In this document: piece after piece, positions 45,533 through 55,000 of the stretch
Layout of the letters: the number at the start of each line of letters is the position of its first letter
Position numbering within the stretch: the first letter of the stretch is position 1
Assembly (NCBI GenBank): GCA_024654625.1
Contig: JANLHB010000016.1
Location: 128,137-192,136 of the forward strand
Reading direction: 5' to 3'
Source of the DNA: Patescibacteria group bacterium
GTDB lineage: Bacteria > Patescibacteriota > Minisyncoccia > GCA-002772825
DNA length: 64,000 nt
Translations under genes and position numbers: made by a program
Notes under the pieces: model-generated
What the model saw: only the letters and a program-made list of their open reading frames with translations
The model's database searches: none
What the model was told of the DNA's origin: nothing

Positions 45533-46194
45533 AGGTAATACCGGCAATTTTAGAGAAGAATTGGCAAGAGATTAAAAATAAAATTAATCTCGTAAAAGAT
45601 TTTTCTCCTTGGGTGCAGATAGATATTACTGACGGCGTATTTACTCTTGATACTACTTGGAATAATCCACTTGATTTAAAAAATTATTTGGCGGTTCAAC
45701 CGCCAAGTGGAAGGGTAGACGTGGAAGTTGATCTGATGGTGAAAGATCCAGAGCTTGTAATAAAAGATTGGGTGAGTGCTGGCGTTCGAAGAGTGATAAT
45801 CCATATTGAGTCTACTGATAATGTGAATAAATCTATAGATTTGGCAAAAAATTCCGGCGTGGAAGTAGGCCTTGCCTTAAACATTGATACGCCAAATGAA
45901 GCCCTAGATAAATATATGACGGAGATTGATTTCGTGCAGTTTATGGGGATTGCCAAGATTGGGATTCAGGGTCAACCTTTTGATGAAAGAGTTTTACACA
46001 AGATAGAAGGTTTACGCTCGGCGTATCCTAATGCTATAATATCTGTTGATGGCGGAGTTAATATAAAGACAGTTCCTCTGCTTGTGAAAGCCGGCGCAAA
46101 CAGGCTGACAGCCGGTTCGGCAGTGTATGTTGATGAGAACGGGGCGGAAGCTAGCTGGAGGAAATTAATGGATTTAACAAAAAATCAAAATTAG
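45526..46194 (+). CDS. rpe: Ribulose-phosphate-binding TIM-barrel enzyme, most likely ribulose-5-phosphate 3-epimerase
   Basis: IPAILEKNW...WVQIDITDGVFT resembles the Rpe N-terminal motif (S.L.aDf...hvDvMDG.FVPN). Context is rpiB and transketolase. An HPS or OMPDC-family assignment is not excluded. Confidence 0.55.
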   Translation: MVEVIPAILEKNWQEIKNKINLVKDFSPWVQIDITDGVFTLDTTWNNPLDLKNYLAVQPPSGRVDVEVDLMVKDPELVIKDWVSAGVRRVIIHIESTDNVNKSIDLAKNSGVEVGLALNIDTPNEALDKYMTEIDFVQFMGIAKIGIQGQPFDERVLHKIEGLRSAYPNAIISVDGGVNIKTVPLLVKAGANRLTAGSAVYVDENGAEASWRKLMDLTKNQN

Positions 46195-46208
46195 ATTTTA
46201 ATATAAAA

Positions 46209-47078
46209 ATGGCAAGCTTACTTGACGAGAAGATAAAATTTTTAGAAGAAAAAGCAAATAATATAAGAAGATCTATTGTTGAAATGCTTCTTGAAGCCGG
46301 CTCCGGTCATTCAGCCGGCCCTTTGGGTATGGCAGATATTTTTGCTCTGCTTTATTTTCATATTCTAAAACATGATCCTAAGAATCCTAGTTGGCCCGAA
46401 AGAGATAGAGTTATCCTTTCTAATGGGCATATTTGTCCGGTTTTATATGCGGCAATGGCACACTCAGGATATTTCCCAATAGAAGAGCTTAAAACTTTGC
46501 GTAAATTCGGTTCTCGTTTGCAAGGTCATCCGCACAGGGAATGGCTTCCCGGCATAGAGACAAGCTCCGGTCCCTTGGGCTCCGGTCTTTCTCAAGCAGT
46601 GGGTATGGCTATAGCTAATAGGATGAATGACGGCAAGAGTGATGATAAATGGTTCTACTGTCTTATGGGCGACGGAGAACTTGATTGCGGGCAAGTATGG
46701 GAGGCGATAATGATGGCAGGAAGAGAGAAGCTTCACAACATAATAGGCATTATAGACAGGAATAATATCCAGATAGACGGCTTCACTGAAGATATTATGC
46801 CTCTTGATTCGCTTCGCGATAAATTTGAGAGTTTTAATTGGCATGTTCTTGAAGTTGATGGGCATAATTTTGATTCAATCAATGATGCGATAGGGCAGGC
46901 TCAGGCTATGTTTTCCAAGCCTTCTGTAATTATCGCGCATACTATACCAGGCAAAGGGGTAGAGTTTATGGAGAGGAAATTTGAATGGCATGGCAAGCCG
47001 CCAAATAAAGATGAAGCTAAAGAAGCTTTGAACCAGTTGCGAACATTGGGAGGTAAGATAAAGTCTGAGCATGAATGA
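46209..47078 (+). CDS. Transketolase, N-terminal (thiamine-diphosphate-binding) subunit of a split transketolase
   Basis: GSGHSAGPLGMADIFALLYF...SNGHICPVLYAAM and GDGELDCGQVWEAIMMAG (TPP-binding GDG motif). Confidence 0.85.
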   Translation: MASLLDEKIKFLEEKANNIRRSIVEMLLEAGSGHSAGPLGMADIFALLYFHILKHDPKNPSWPERDRVILSNGHICPVLYAAMAHSGYFPIEELKTLRKFGSRLQGHPHREWLPGIETSSGPLGSGLSQAVGMAIANRMNDGKSDDKWFYCLMGDGELDCGQVWEAIMMAGREKLHNIIGIIDRNNIQIDGFTEDIMPLDSLRDKFESFNWHVLEVDGHNFDSINDAIGQAQAMFSKPSVIIAHTIPGKGVEFMERKFEWHGKPPNKDEAKEALNQLRTLGGKIKSEHE

Positions 47079-47090
47079 TATTTTTATAAT

Positions 47091-48089
47091 ATGTTAAACC
47101 CAGATCAAAAATTAAATCCAAAACTTTTAGATAAAGATGTAGAGCAAACTCCTATCAGGTTTGGTTACGGCGACGGTCTTCTGATGGCAGGCGATGAGAA
47201 TCCAAATATTGTGGCGCTCTGCGCGGATCTTACTGACTCCACTAAGACCTCTACTTTTTCAAAAAAATTTCCTGAGAGATTTGTGGAGATGGGAATAGGA
47301 GAGCAGTCTATGGCTTCTGTTGCTTCCGGTATGGCCGCTATGGGGAAAGTGCCTTTCATTGCATCGTACGCGATGTTTTCTCCCGGCAGAAATTGGGAGC
47401 AGATAAGAACCACCATCTGTTACAATAATTCAAATGTTAAAGTAGCCGGCGCGCACGCCGGTATATCAGTGGGTCCGGACGGAGGCACACATCAAGCTAT
47501 TGAAGATATCGCTATCACGAGAGTTATCCCGAGGATGAATGTTGTTGTTCCATGTGATGCTATAGAAGCGAAAAAGGCAACTTATCAAGCATCAAAGATT
47601 GAAGGACCTTTCTATTTGCGATTTGCCCGCGAACCGACCCCTATTGTTACGACAGAAGAATCGCCGTTTGAAGTCGGTAAGGCTAATCTTTTACGCGATG
47701 ACGAGGATCCGCAAGTTGTCATTATTGCTTGCGGTCCATCTGTTTACAATTCGCTTATGGCGGCAGAAGAACTTGCTAAAGAGGGGATAGGATGTTTAGT
47801 TTTAAATAATCATACCATTAAGCCGATGGACGAAGTTTCTGTAATAGATATTGCAAAGAAAGCCGGCAGAGTAGTGACGGTTGAAGAGCATCAAGTTCTT
47901 GGAGGCATGGGGAGCGCCGTGGCTGAAGTTTTAGCTAAAAATTATCCTGTTCCAATGGAGTTTGTGGGCGTGGAAGATAAATTCGGGCAGTCCGGTACTC
48001 AAGAAGAACTTGTGGAGCATTACGGTATGGGCATAAACGGGATAAAAGATGCAGTTAGAAAAGTTATTAAATTAAAAGGTAATGATTAA
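47091..48089 (+). CDS. Transketolase, C-terminal (pyrimidine-binding/C-terminal domain) subunit
   Basis: FVEMGIGEQSMASVASGMAAMGKVPF and the downstream transketolase C-terminal fold. Confidence 0.85.
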   Translation: MLNPDQKLNPKLLDKDVEQTPIRFGYGDGLLMAGDENPNIVALCADLTDSTKTSTFSKKFPERFVEMGIGEQSMASVASGMAAMGKVPFIASYAMFSPGRNWEQIRTTICYNNSNVKVAGAHAGISVGPDGGTHQAIEDIAITRVIPRMNVVVPCDAIEAKKATYQASKIEGPFYLRFAREPTPIVTTEESPFEVGKANLLRDDEDPQVVIIACGPSVYNSLMAAEELAKEGIGCLVLNNHTIKPMDEVSVIDIAKKAGRVVTVEEHQVLGGMGSAVAEVLAKNYPVPMEFVGVEDKFGQSGTQEELVEHYGMGINGIKDAVRKVIKLKGND

Positions 48090-48102
48090 ATATTAAATAG
48101 TT

Positions 48103-49086
48103 ATGTATGATTTTATAGCAATTGGGGATGTTGTAACAGACGCTTTTATAGAACTTGAAGAGAAAGAAGCTGAGGTGGAGAGAGATGATGGTCTTACTAA
48201 GATTTGTATGAGTTTCGGCGACAAAATTCCTTATAAAGACGTGCATATAGTCCCGGGTGTAGGCAATAGTCCGAATGCGGCAGTAAGCGCATCTCGCTTG
48301 GGTTTAAAAACAGCTCTGGTGTCAAATATAGGCAATGACTATTTCGGCCGCGAGTGCGTTGAAACTCTAAAGAAAGAGAATCTCGGTATAGAATTTATAA
48401 AATCTCACGAAGGGAAGAAAACAAATTATCATTACGTCCTTTTATATAAAGGAGAAAGAACTATTTTAATAAAGCATGAGGAATATGCTTACGACTTGCC
48501 TGACATAGGCAAACCGCGATGGATATACTTATCTTCTCTTGGAGCGGGCTCTCTCTCTTTCCACTCGGTCATAGAGAAATATTTGAATGATAATCCTGAA
48601 GTCAAACTCGCTTTCCAGCCGGGAACTTATCAGATAAAGTTCGGTAAAGATTCATTGGCGGGGATTTATAAAAGAGCGGAAATATTTTTCTGTAACAAAG
48701 AAGAAGCGCAGAAGATATTGGGAAACAAGGAAGGAGATATTAAAAAATTATTGCAAGAAGTTTCCGCTTTAGGACCGAAAATTACGGTTATCACTGACGG
48801 GAGAAACGGAGCCTTTGTCTATAATGGCGAACGTTTCTGGCAGATGCCGATCTACCCGGATCCAAGTGCGCCTGTGGATAGGACTGGCGCCGGAGATTCT
48901 TTCTCTTCGGCATTTACATCAGCAATCGCTCTTGGATTTGATATACCGCAAGCTTTAAGATGGGGGCCTATTAATTCTATGTCTGTTGTTCAGTATATAG
49001 GGGCTCGAGCAGGACTTCTTACCAGAGAAAAGCTTGAAGAGAATTTAGCTAAAGCGCCTGTCGGTTACGAGCCGAGATTGATATAA
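48103..49086 (+). CDS. PfkB-family carbohydrate kinase (ribokinase/phosphofructokinase-like)
   Basis: PfkB signature DRTGAGDSFSSAFTSAIALG near the C-terminus. Confidence 0.8.
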   Translation: MYDFIAIGDVVTDAFIELEEKEAEVERDDGLTKICMSFGDKIPYKDVHIVPGVGNSPNAAVSASRLGLKTALVSNIGNDYFGRECVETLKKENLGIEFIKSHEGKKTNYHYVLLYKGERTILIKHEEYAYDLPDIGKPRWIYLSSLGAGSLSFHSVIEKYLNDNPEVKLAFQPGTYQIKFGKDSLAGIYKRAEIFFCNKEEAQKILGNKEGDIKKLLQEVSALGPKITVITDGRNGAFVYNGERFWQMPIYPDPSAPVDRTGAGDSFSSAFTSAIALGFDIPQALRWGPINSMSVVQYIGARAGLLTREKLEENLAKAPVGYEPRLI

Positions 49087-49301
49087 ATATGAAGTGCTTA
49101 GGTCATAAAAAATTAAAAATTAAATATCAAGTTCACAAGATTTTTATACTTTTGAGGATTAACTATAAATAAATGAGTTATGGAGTAGAAAAATTATGGG
49201 TTCCACGCGGAGCAAGGGAGAATTTTTCACGAACAGAACGAATATTATTTATTTAAGATGAAAACGTATAAAAATCCTGTGAATTTGATGTAGGATAAAA
49301 T

Positions 49302-50165
49302 ATGAATACCACTTTAAAACAAGTTTTGGAGGAAGCAAGAGAAGGGAAGAGGGCCGTCGGGCATTTTAATATCGCTAATATTGAGGTGTTGAGAGGGATT
49401 TTTAACGCCGCAAAGAAACTTAACTTGCCTGTTGTCATCGGTGTGTCGGAAGGGGAGAGAGATTTTATCGGCATCAAACAATCAGTGGCGCTTGTGAAAA
49501 GTTTGCGCGAGGAATTTGATTATCCGATCTTCATAAATGCCGATCATACTTATTCGCTTGAGAGAGTGAAAGAGGCCATTGACGCTGGCTTTGATTCCGT
49601 GATTTTTGATGGCGCTAAACTACCGATGGAAGAGAATATAAAGATAACGAAAGAGTGTGTGGATTATGCGCGGTCTGCTAACCCTGATGTCCTTATAGAA
49701 GCGGAGTTAGGCTACATAGGACAATCTTCTAAATTGCTTGATGAGGTGCCGGAGGGGGTCTCTTTAGACCAGCTGACTACACCCGAAGATGCTAGAAGAT
49801 TTGTGGAAGAGACGGGGGTGGATCTCTTCTCTCCTTCTGTCGGCAATATCCATGGTATGTTGAAAAATGCCCCTAACCCGAAGTTGAATATTGATAGGAT
49901 CAAAGAAATAAAAGAGTCTGTCAGCGTGCCACTCGTGCTCCATGGAGGCTCCGGTATCTCTGATGACAATTTTAAAGAGGCGGTGGAAGCGGGTATCTCT
50001 TTGATTCATATCAGCACTGAACTTAGGGTCGTTTATAAAGAGGCGATGAAAAAATCGCTTGAAGAAAACCCTGACGAGATGGCGCCGTACAGGATAATGA
50101 AGCCGGTTGTGTCGGCAATAGAAGAGAAAGTCAATCAAAGATTGAGGCTGTTTAATGGTATTTAA
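49302..50165 (+). CDS. fba: Class II fructose-/ketose-bisphosphate aldolase
   Basis: VGHFNIANIEVLRGIFNAAKKLNLPVVIGVSEG and downstream His-rich metal ligands (LHGGSGISD). Confidence 0.8.
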   Translation: MNTTLKQVLEEAREGKRAVGHFNIANIEVLRGIFNAAKKLNLPVVIGVSEGERDFIGIKQSVALVKSLREEFDYPIFINADHTYSLERVKEAIDAGFDSVIFDGAKLPMEENIKITKECVDYARSANPDVLIEAELGYIGQSSKLLDEVPEGVSLDQLTTPEDARRFVEETGVDLFSPSVGNIHGMLKNAPNPKLNIDRIKEIKESVSVPLVLHGGSGISDDNFKEAVEAGISLIHISTELRVVYKEAMKKSLEENPDEMAPYRIMKPVVSAIEEKVNQRLRLFNGI

Positions 50166-50171
50166 GTATTT

Positions 50172-50252
50172 TGGAAAAATTTCATAGCTTATTTCCCTCC
50201 AGAACGGTCATAAGGGAAATTCTTCGGAAAACAACTATGAAATTTTTCCAAA
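50172..50252. repeat. Nested inverted repeat. Outer arms TTGGAAAAATTTCATAG / CTATGAAATTTTTCCAA (17 bp, perfect). Inner arms ATTTCCCT / AGGGAAAT.
   Basis: Read directly from the sequence. It lies between fba and the dehydrogenase gene. Confidence 0.6.
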
Positions 50253-50283
50253 GAGTAGATTAATAAGTAATTCAAAAAATTTT

Positions 50284-51252
50284 ATGAAAGTATATATCAC
50301 AAGAAGGATTCCGGAGGTGGGTATAAAGATGCTCCAAGATAAGGGTTACGAAGTGGATGTAAATCCTGAAGATAAAGTATTGTCTAAGGACGAGCTTATC
50401 TTCGCTTTAAAACAGAAAGAGTATGACGCCGTGCTGTGTCTTCTTACGGACACGATTGACGGCGAGGTGTTTGATGCGGCGCCGAAGGCGAAGATCTTTG
50501 CTAATTACGCTGTTGGTTATAACAATATCAACGTAGAAGAAGCAAACAAAAAGGGAGTGATGATAACAAACACACCCGGGGTCTTGACTGAAACTGTCGC
50601 CGAACATGCTTTCGGTTTGCTTTTGTCTATTGCTCAGAGAATAACAGAGGGAGACAGATTCACTCGCGCTGGCAAGTATGTAGGCTGGGCACCGATGCTG
50701 ATGCTTGGTAATGATGTCACTGGAAGGACTCTTGGTGTGTTGGGCTTAGGGAGGATCGGCACAAGGGTTGCTCACCATGCTTCTCGCGGATTTGAGATGA
50801 AGATTATCTACTATGACATAAAAAGAAACGAAGAATTTGAGAAAGAATATAATGCCGAGTTTAGAGAGAGTGTGGATGACCTTTTGAAAGAAGCAGATTT
50901 TGTGTCAATTCACGTTCCACTTCTTGATTCAACGCATCATCTTATAAATAAAAAGCGACTTTCTTTAATGAAGTCATCGGCTTATCTGGTAAATACTTCA
51001 CGTGGGCCAATTATAGATGAGACAGCGCTTGTAGAGGCTCTTAAGAATAAAATTATTAAAGGTGCAGCTTTGGATGTATATGAAAATGAGCCGGCGCTTG
51101 CACCGGGCTTATCAGAACTTCATAATGTGGTCTTGACGCCTCACGCGGCTTCAGCCACAGAAGAGACTCGAGGGAAGATGGCTGAGCTCGCCTCGGCAAA
51201 TATCATCGCCGTCGCCGAAGGGCAGACCCCTCTCAATATAGTTAAAAAATAA
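50284..51252 (+). CDS. D-isomer-specific 2-hydroxyacid dehydrogenase (glyoxylate/hydroxypyruvate reductase or PGDH-like)
   Basis: NAD-binding GVLGLGRIGTRVA and the catalytic region NTSRGPIIDETAL...TPHAASAT. Confidence 0.8.
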   Translation: MKVYITRRIPEVGIKMLQDKGYEVDVNPEDKVLSKDELIFALKQKEYDAVLCLLTDTIDGEVFDAAPKAKIFANYAVGYNNINVEEANKKGVMITNTPGVLTETVAEHAFGLLLSIAQRITEGDRFTRAGKYVGWAPMLMLGNDVTGRTLGVLGLGRIGTRVAHHASRGFEMKIIYYDIKRNEEFEKEYNAEFRESVDDLLKEADFVSIHVPLLDSTHHLINKKRLSLMKSSAYLVNTSRGPIIDETALVEALKNKIIKGAALDVYENEPALAPGLSELHNVVLTPHAASATEETRGKMAELASANIIAVAEGQTPLNIVKK

Positions 51253-51281
51253 GAATCCGGTTAGATAATCCGGATTATCAT

Positions 51282-51878
51282 ATGACCAAATCTAACAGAA
51301 AGGGATTTACATTATTAGAGCTTCTTGTCGTTATTGCGATAATTGGTCTTTTGGCTTCTGTTATAGGGGCAACCTTAAGCAGAGCAAGGGCTAGCGCGAG
51401 AGACACTAAAAGAGTCCAAGATTTGAATACCATTGCAAGCGCTTTGGAGAATTTTGCTATTGACAATAATAGATACCCCTTACCGTCAGAGATAGATGCG
51501 GATATTTATAATTTTGATCGTTCAAGTTACGACGATGACTTTTTGGATATTTTGGTTTCTGAAGGTTACTTGACCTCTGTTCCACGAGACCCATTGAATA
51601 CCGGCTGGTCTCCTTGGGAGGCCGGTCAATATTTATATGCCTACGGAGCTTCCCCAAGTGGCAGATATTATATGTTAATATCTCAATTGGAAAATCCAGA
51701 TCACCCCGAATCGGCTCAATATAAATGTGGCAGGTGGACCGGCGGTTGGCCAATGAGTGAAGAAGATTTTGTTTTTGGAATTCGTGTCACTCCCTCATGT
51801 TGCCCTTCTCCATACACTTATTGCACCGGCCACGCTGGTATGGATAGCGCTTATGTTGTAAATAGTGTTTATCCTTAA
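51282..51878 (+). CDS. Type IV pilin / pseudopilin with an N-terminal prepilin methylation motif
   Basis: KGFTLLELLVVIAIIGLLASVI is the class III signal peptide (G/FTLxE). Confidence 0.8.
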   Translation: MTKSNRKGFTLLELLVVIAIIGLLASVIGATLSRARASARDTKRVQDLNTIASALENFAIDNNRYPLPSEIDADIYNFDRSSYDDDFLDILVSEGYLTSVPRDPLNTGWSPWEAGQYLYAYGASPSGRYYMLISQLENPDHPESAQYKCGRWTGGWPMSEEDFVFGIRVTPSCCPSPYTYCTGHAGMDSAYVVNSVYP

Positions 51879-51930
51879 TCCCCCCTCCTTTTTTTTGCGC
51901 AGACAGCCCCCTGTGGATAACATCCTTATA

Positions 51931-51956
51931 CCCCCCCCCACTAAAAAAGGTATAAT
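51931..51956 (+). promoter_or_regulatory. Poly-C(9) tract abutting a candidate promoter (TATAAT at 51951-51956) upstream of the giant surface-protein gene. Upstream C6 and T8 tracts lie at 51880-51896.
   Basis: Homopolymer CCCCCCCCC at 51931-51939 lies in the -35/spacer position relative to TATAAT. Confidence 0.4.
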
Positions 51957-52036
51957 AGTATGATATTAATCCCGTTTGAAATTTATTAACCATAAATACT
52001 TACGGGCAAAGATTATTAATCTAAATTTCAATTGGG

Positions 52037-55000
52037 ATGATATTAAAATTATTCAAAGGGAGAGAAGGGGTAAAAACAAACAGAAACCTTACCAGTAAAC
52101 TTATCCTTTTAGCTATCTCTCTCTTCCTCCTCTTCTCCTCTTTCACTCAAACTACAGAAGCAGCCACAGAATCAATAAAGACGATAAGAGAAGATGGAAC
52201 AGGGGACTACACTTCACTCTCCGCATGGGAAGCCGGAGAACAGAGGGACCTCACCGCTACCGATGAAATAGCCGTCGCCCGTATCGAAGGGACCTGGACT
52301 AACCCTGATACTACCGCTGTCACTATAGACGGTTGGACTACAGACGCGACTAGATATATTAGGATATATACTGCGCCGGAGGCGAGGCACACAGGAAAGT
52401 GGGATACGGGGAGGTATATGCTACAAGCCGGAGGAAACACTTTAAATATCCAAGAACAATACACCAGAATCGATGGGCTTCAGGTTTATCAAACCAATTC
52501 AGGAAACTGGAACAACGGTGCTATAAACGTGAATGTAGCTAAACCCTATGTTCAAATTTCTAACAACATAGTTAAATCGGCATTAGCTAACAATGTCAGT
52601 CTCAACGGCGGTGGCGCATTGATATTGATTCAGTATTTTAACAATACGAGTAATATAAATAAAATTTGGAACAACATTCTTTATGATAAGCCGGGAACTT
52701 ACGGAATAGGGATAAATGCCTATGGTTATAATGAGATAACTTATATTTATAATAATACGATAACAGGTTCGGCGGTGGGGATATATGTTTATACGGGGAT
52801 TTATGAAGTGGTGGTTGCAAAAAATAATCTTGTTTACAACAACACAGACAATTATAACGGCACTTTTAATGTCGCTTCGACTAACAACCTATCTGGCCAT
52901 TCTCAGGCAGACGCTCCCGGATCAAATTCAAAAAACTCTACTACCGTCTTTTTTGTAGATTCAACAAGTAAAGACTTCCATCTTGTTTCAGGCGATACAG
53001 GGGCGAAAGATTCAGGAACAGACTTATCAGGAGATGCAAATCTAGCTTTCTCCACAGACATAGATGGAGAGACCCGTTCAGGGACTTGGGATATCGGCGC
53101 GGATGAAACTTCAGGTGGTACTCCACCACCTTCCTACCAATGCTCCGACGGCCTAGACAACGACGGAAACGGCCTCACCGACTATCCTTCTGACTCGGGC
53201 TGTACTTCTACCACCGACAACGACGAATACAATGCGCCCACCGACATCACTCCACCCACTCGGTCTACCGGCTCACCCACAGGCACCCTAACATCCGGCA
53301 CCACCTCCACCACACTATCAATCACCACCGACGAGAACGCCACCTGTAAGTACGGCGTAAACTCAAACACCGCCTACGCTTCCATACCAAACACTTTCTC
53401 CATCACCGGAGGCACTAGCCACACCACCACCTTAACCGGTCTCACAGGTGGCACATCCTACACCTACTACATAAGGTGCCAAGACACGGCCGGCAACCCT
53501 AACACCTCAGACTATCCGATCACCTTCTCTGTCGCGTCAGCTCCTACAACAGGCACCCCTTCGGTAAGTGGAGTGTCGGGAGCATTCACTAATGATTCTG
53601 CAATCACAATCACGGGCAGTAGCTTTGGGTCCAATGGACCAAACATCGTAGTCTTTGACGATTTTGAGGGTGGTACAAACGGGTCTGTTGTTTCCACAGG
53701 AGCAAATTCTGCTACCGTAGGAAAATGGGACAGAGTGGGCGGTGGCGACAATAATAACCCGCCTGTTTATGATAATATTTTTTCTGTTTCCGGGAGCAGG
53801 GCTATGAAGTCTGATTATACTGTTAAGACCAATACAGGCACAGATTCAAACTCAGCCGCTTTTGTAGATGGAATTGATACGGGAGATGTATTTTTATCCT
53901 ACTGGTATTACTTGCCAACGACTTCGAGCTTCCCTTGTTATAACAGGGGGATCTGTAACTGGAAAGTAGCGTGGCTATATGGCGCGGATACTCGCTATGA
54001 TGACCAGGTTTTACCTGTCGGTTTGCCGGGCGGGACAACTCCACCTTATTCAAGCTGGGCTGTTTCTTGTAATGACTGTTTTGGTGGTACTGCAAACTGG
54101 TATACCCTGAATATGGCTAAAGGGAAATGGTATCGGGTGTCGGCATGGGTTCATGCAACCCCTGATTCTTCCAGTGAAAAGACGTTATGGGTGGTCAGCA
54201 CAGATGATGCAATACCTGTTACCCAAAAGGTCAATTGGACAGGTCAGATATTCAAGGATATTGGCGATGTATTTAAAACTTTTTCTTTTAGCTCATGGGC
54301 GAGATGGTGCAATGACTGCGCTGAAAGCGCGCCAAGATTTGATGATGTATATATGGCAACCGGATCGAATGCAAGAGCAAGAGTGGAAATAGGTAATGCT
54401 TCCACGTATTCCGCCAGCACCAATCTTTCGATAGCTACTGTAACTTCCTGGAGCGACAGCTCCATTGCCGCGACGGTAAGGCAAGGCTCCTTCACCCCCG
54501 GCCAAACCGCCTACCTTTATGTCATAGACGCCAACGGCAATGTCAGCGCCGGCAAACAGATAACGATAGGAGGGACAAGTGTCCCACTGACTGACATCAC
54601 AGCGCCGACTACCACCACTTCATTATTAGGTGGCACCTACAACGGAGCTCAGACAGTAACCCTCTCCACTAACGAGACAGCAACCACTTACTACACCATC
54701 GACGGTTCAACCCCAACCATTTCATTAACAGTCTATTCATCAGCCATCTCCATACCGCAGACCACAACATTAAAATACTTTTCCGTAGATACGGCGGGAA
54801 ACACCGAAGGCGTCAAAACCCAGACCTACACTATCAATACCTCCACCAAATTCAGCTTAAACAACAGAGTCCAAACAACCTCCACCTTAAATGTCAGACA
54901 AACCCCTTCCGCTACTGGCACCCTCTTGGGTACGGAAGCTCAAGGAAACTTAGGCACTGTAACAGGTGGCCCAACTTACGCCGATAGCTTCTGGTGGTGG

